DNA of 57,536 bases from a virus. Its lineage: Duplodnaviria; Caudoviricetes. The translations under genes and the position numbers were made by a program. Below the pieces are notes generated by a model. That model was not told the DNA's origin and did no database searches. It was given only the letters and a program-made list of their open reading frames with translations. The stretch spans positions 1-57,536 of IMG/VR virus record IMGVR_UViG_3300035703_000110. One strand, 5' to 3'. Shown here piece by piece: positions 54,484 to 57,536 of this stretch. Positions within the stretch are counted from its first letter, which is position 1. The number at the start of each line of letters is the position of its first letter.

Positions 54484-54782
54484 TTTTTACCCCCGAATTC
54501 CTGGACAATCAAGCGTTCACCCACGGCGGGCAATTTCCCGATATAGCACGTTCCCGAATTGGAATAGATGCGGCAATACACGCGCCGCCATTTGCCATTA
54601 AATTTAATCATGTGACGTGTGGGGATGCGCGATCCGTAACCGGTAGCGGTAAACGTGAGCCCTTGCAAATGGTGGGCCATGGGTGCATCTTTAACTTGGA
54701 CCGCCTGCGTCCAGCATGTATCAATTGCACCATTTGCGCGATGGTGCGAACCGTGAATAAAGAATTGTGTTTTTTCGGACAT
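54480..54782 (-). CDS. hypothetical early protein
   Basis: TATGYGSRIPT....FNGKWRRVYC..YSNSGT.YI. Confidence 0.8.
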   Translation of the reverse strand: MSEKTQFFIHGSHHRANGAIDTCWTQAVQVKDAPMAHHLQGLTFTATGYGSRIPTRHMIKFNGKWRRVYCRIYSNSGTCYIGKLPAVGERLIVQEFGGKK

Positions 54783-54784
54783 GA

Positions 54785-55300
54785 TTAAACCCCCGCGTTA
54801 GTTAAGAGTGACTCTACCGAATGCAAATTTAAATAAAACCATCCCCGATAAAATTCAGGGTTCAATTTGTATTTGTAGGGCTCACATGCGGCGGTTAGTT
54901 TGTCGCCTAGTGTCTCCCCTGTATCTTCGGGATCAAGGTTTTCTAATTCCTTTCGATCCCAAAAGCCTACCCCGTGCCCTTGAATGGTCAACCATAAATC
55001 ATGCCCAAAAGCGGCGGCGGGGCTTCCTGCGTCCTGGTGCGATCCGTAACCCTCAGAACCGCGCCCCATTGCCTCATCGAATAGCGCCCGATTGGTTTTA
55101 ATGAAGGCTTTACAGATGCGGCGGGCGTTTCGCTCTGTTTTCAGTGTCGCCCGTGGGTTTGTCCCTTCAGGCTTATCGGCCCACAGTGCGGCGGTTATGA
55201 AGTGAGCGGTAACCGTGTTTATTTGAGCCTCTAACCCGCACGGTTTGCCCGCTATGTCATAACCGCGAGCATCAAAAAAGGCTTGATTAAATTCAGTCAT
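54785..55300 (-). CDS. hypothetical early protein
   Basis: ITAALW...GHDLWLT..GHGVGFWDR. Confidence 0.8.
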   Translation of the reverse strand: MTEFNQAFFDARGYDIAGKPCGLEAQINTVTAHFITAALWADKPEGTNPRATLKTERNARRICKAFIKTNRALFDEAMGRGSEGYGSHQDAGSPAAAFGHDLWLTIQGHGVGFWDRKELENLDPEDTGETLGDKLTAACEPYKYKLNPEFYRGWFYLNLHSVESLLTNAGV

Positions 55301-55875
55301 AGAACCCCCGCAAATTCACCGGCCAATTGTTCGCGGGCTTCACGGATAGCCGAAACTAACCCCGCAACCTCTCCGCGTAAAGCTTTAAAACATGGGTTAT
55401 GGCGCAGGGCTAAACATTCGCGCAATCGCTGCAGATTGGATTGTTCTTTGTCTTCAATGCGGCGGGCTTCGTTAAATTTAATATCATGCTCCCGCTGATC
55501 CTCTGCGAAGCTTTGCGCGTATCCATCCGCATAGCGTGCGCACTCATCCGCATCACTGAAGCAATCGGGCCACAATACACGCTCATCATTGTCGCCCCAA
55601 TAGTAACCGGCTAAAAATACACCCTCGGCAAATCCGGGGCGGGCGGGCAATTCGACCACAATGCCCCGTGCCTTTCCGCTGCCGTCCCGATAGGTTTCCC
55701 CGTCTTCATTAGTAAACCATCCAGTGTGCCCGATATTGCGGTTTATCTCATCGCAAAAGGTTTCGGGCAATAGCTGTCCGAAGTAATAAAACACGGGGTC
55801 ATTCCCATTTTTACCCGTATCGATGGTTGCACCGTTGCGGGCATGTTTGCGGATGGTCTGGATTGTGGTTTTCAT
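55297..55875 (-). CDS. hypothetical early protein
   Basis: GGAG precedes ATG 55875 (MKTTIQ). It contains HTGWFT. Confidence 0.75.
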   Translation of the reverse strand: MKTTIQTIRKHARNGATIDTGKNGNDPVFYYFGQLLPETFCDEINRNIGHTGWFTNEDGETYRDGSGKARGIVVELPARPGFAEGVFLAGYYWGDNDERVLWPDCFSDADECARYADGYAQSFAEDQREHDIKFNEARRIEDKEQSNLQRLRECLALRHNPCFKALRGEVAGLVSAIREAREQLAGEFAGVL

Positions 55876-55894
55876 GTTTATTGGCTCCAAGTGT

Positions 55895-56230
55895 CTAGCG
55901 TGCAAAAAGGCGTTCGCGTTTTGCCCGAATGCGCATAGGGCAGGGGGCATTTTTTCGGTAATCTTCGCGGTTAGCTTTAACCTCTTTTAGAGTAACTCCC
56001 GCACAGAGACATTCCCACCCGTGCCCATAGTCCCCCTGCAGTTCCCAATAATCCGAGGTCAACCGCTGCCCACGGGGCCACGTCACCACGATGGCGGGCG
56101 CATAACCATCGTGATTTACTAGGGAACTTTTAACGCTCTCTAGTTGCTCTTGTAACGTGTTTGTATTCGTTATCGAGTAGAAAACAGTATCAATCAACTT
56201 GCCATCAAGGTGAACATTAAAGGCGTGCAT
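55895..56230 (-). CDS. hypothetical early protein
   Basis: IDTVFY...SLVNHDGY and LQGDYGHGWE modules. Confidence 0.75.
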   Translation of the reverse strand: MHAFNVHLDGKLIDTVFYSITNTNTLQEQLESVKSSLVNHDGYAPAIVVTWPRGQRLTSDYWELQGDYGHGWECLCAGVTLKEVKANREDYRKNAPCPMRIRAKRERLFAR

Positions 56231-56232
56231 TT

Positions 56233-56778
56233 TTAGTAATCCTGCAAAGCTGTTGAGAGTTGCAATTGAATTGCATGGGGGATAACGCGGTTCAATTTAT
56301 CGGCGTTTTTTTGGCACGCTGTATAAGTATCAAAAGCCTTGCGCGAGTCCGTGTCATATCCGAGGTCGTTACACCAAGACTCGAAAGACTGACCCACGGC
56401 AGACGCATCTAAAAGCAACGAATGCAAAACATTAGCAGCGCATGGCGCAACGGGTTTGCGCATTTCCTCAACCCGTGCCAAATATCGCTTACCCCACGAA
56501 GTAAGGCCTTTTTTATCGTTTTCGCTTAACCCTTGGAATTCGTAAGACGCGCGGATTTTTTGATCCTTTGTTGCGGGCGCACGGTGTCCAAAGCCTGTAT
56601 AAAAATCGAATTCTTCGGGTTTGTTTGGGCTGCGTGCGTTCGTAAATTCGCAACACCATTGATCCATGGAATGTGTGCCCCCGAATGCGTTTTTTTTGAC
56701 GCCACGGTTTACCGCGTTGTATGCAATTCCGGCATTCTTCAAAATTTCGGATACTGCGTTTTCAATTTCGATCGACAT
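56233..56778 (-). CDS. hypothetical early protein
   Basis: FDFYTGFGHR and SFESWCNDLGYDTDSRKA. AGGA RBS. Confidence 0.8.
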   Translation of the reverse strand: MSIEIENAVSEILKNAGIAYNAVNRGVKKNAFGGTHSMDQWCCEFTNARSPNKPEEFDFYTGFGHRAPATKDQKIRASYEFQGLSENDKKGLTSWGKRYLARVEEMRKPVAPCAANVLHSLLLDASAVGQSFESWCNDLGYDTDSRKAFDTYTACQKNADKLNRVIPHAIQLQLSTALQDY

Positions 56779-56815
56779 TTTTTAAATCCTTTGGAGTTAG
56801 TCTAAAAAAACCGGC

Positions 56816-56911
56816 TTACTTAAAAGCCTTTGCCCATGCACGGGCGGGGCCGTAACCGATAGCGCGCAAAGCGTTATAGAGTGCCAAGTTTTGAGCGGTA
56901 GAGTTTTTCAT
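56816..56911 (-). CDS. 31-aa peptide, first gene of leftward early operon
   Basis: MKNSTAQNLALYNALRAIGYGPARAWAKAFK. Confidence 0.5.
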   Translation of the reverse strand: MKNSTAQNLALYNALRAIGYGPARAWAKAFK

Positions 56912-57409
56912 GGTGCGGGTTCTTTCGTTGCGTGTTGTTTCGTGATGGTTTGGATTCTCTCACACGTTTTTGCAGTGCGTGCAACTTTTTTTAGTTCTTT
57001 GCTAAAAATTGCTGTTTGCTATTAAAACTGTAGCAACAAACCGCGCACTGTAGCGGGCCAACGGCCACCCATGCAAATTTTTGCTATCAATTCTATAGCG
57101 CCTACACTGAATTTCAATTCTTTTTACGGGACGCGGGCCGCTACACACCTCTACCTCTTGTTACCAGGTGATCCAGCACCAGGTTGACCCCACCCACCAG
57201 GGCACGCCACCCCCTCATTTCAATAGCCCGTTTCCTTACTTCACCACTTTGGCCCGTTTCAAATTTTTTGAGAAAAACGTACCTCGGAAAAGTTGCAAAC
57301 AAAGCAACCCGACCACAGCTTGCCAGGTCAACAATCTCAGACTAACTCTAGCCAGGTCAGAAATCCATTCAAACGTACCTTCGCTGCCAGGTCTACACAA
57401 CAACCCGGT

Positions 57410-57536
57410 TCCTTACTTCAGCAACTCAGCCGGGTTCCGACCGCCGCTTACTTCAGCAACTCAGCCGGGTTCCGATTTTTGGATCAAAAAGAATTTCACA
57501 AAAAGATTACACCACTGAAAAATAGTGTGATACATT
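57410..57536. repeat. 127-bp terminal direct repeat, copy 2
   Basis: Identical to 1-127. Confidence 0.95.

Noticed and set aside
54326-54508. 60-aa Cys-rich track ORF
   Set aside because: The alternative frame 54319-54483 gives a coupled two-TM protein and is more plausible.

Overview
The window is an apparently complete 57,409-bp tailed dsDNA phage genome: bases 1-127 are repeated exactly at 57410-57536, as expected from a circular assembly overlap. The gene order resembles chi-like siphoviruses (Casjensviridae-type). It has a divergent HTH and Prim-Pol/SF3 primase-helicase; a leftward operon of Cas4-like nuclease, SSB, DNA polymerase (family B here), C5-methyltransferase, VRR-NUC and SNF2 helicase; and lambda-like TerS/TerL, portal, S49 protease, decoration and major capsid genes. 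These are followed by a long non-contractile tail module with a -1 frameshift chaperone, a GH19/spanin lysis cassette and a rightward accessory arm (ParB-like, RdgC, exonuclease, MazG-like). A chi-like cos 12-mer lies at 53938-53949. The host is inferred to be a betaproteobacterium, probably Comamonadaceae. The main observations are: (1) about 14 unrelated non-structural, mostly DNA-metabolism proteins end in the same acidic-then-Leu/Met C-terminal tag (DEEL/DDEL/EDDL/DQEL/EEDM), including both frames of an overlapping gene pair; (2) a ~6.6-kb cassette sits between portal and protease, with a 22-aa-repeat protein, a beta-helix depolymerase and an arm-less lambda-type tyrosine recombinase; (3) a tandem tRNA-like structured non-coding element lies between the accessory and lysis arms; (4) a dual-frame C5-MTase has an in-frame amber codon in its catalytic frame. 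All calls come from reading motifs by eye, and no database searches were run.
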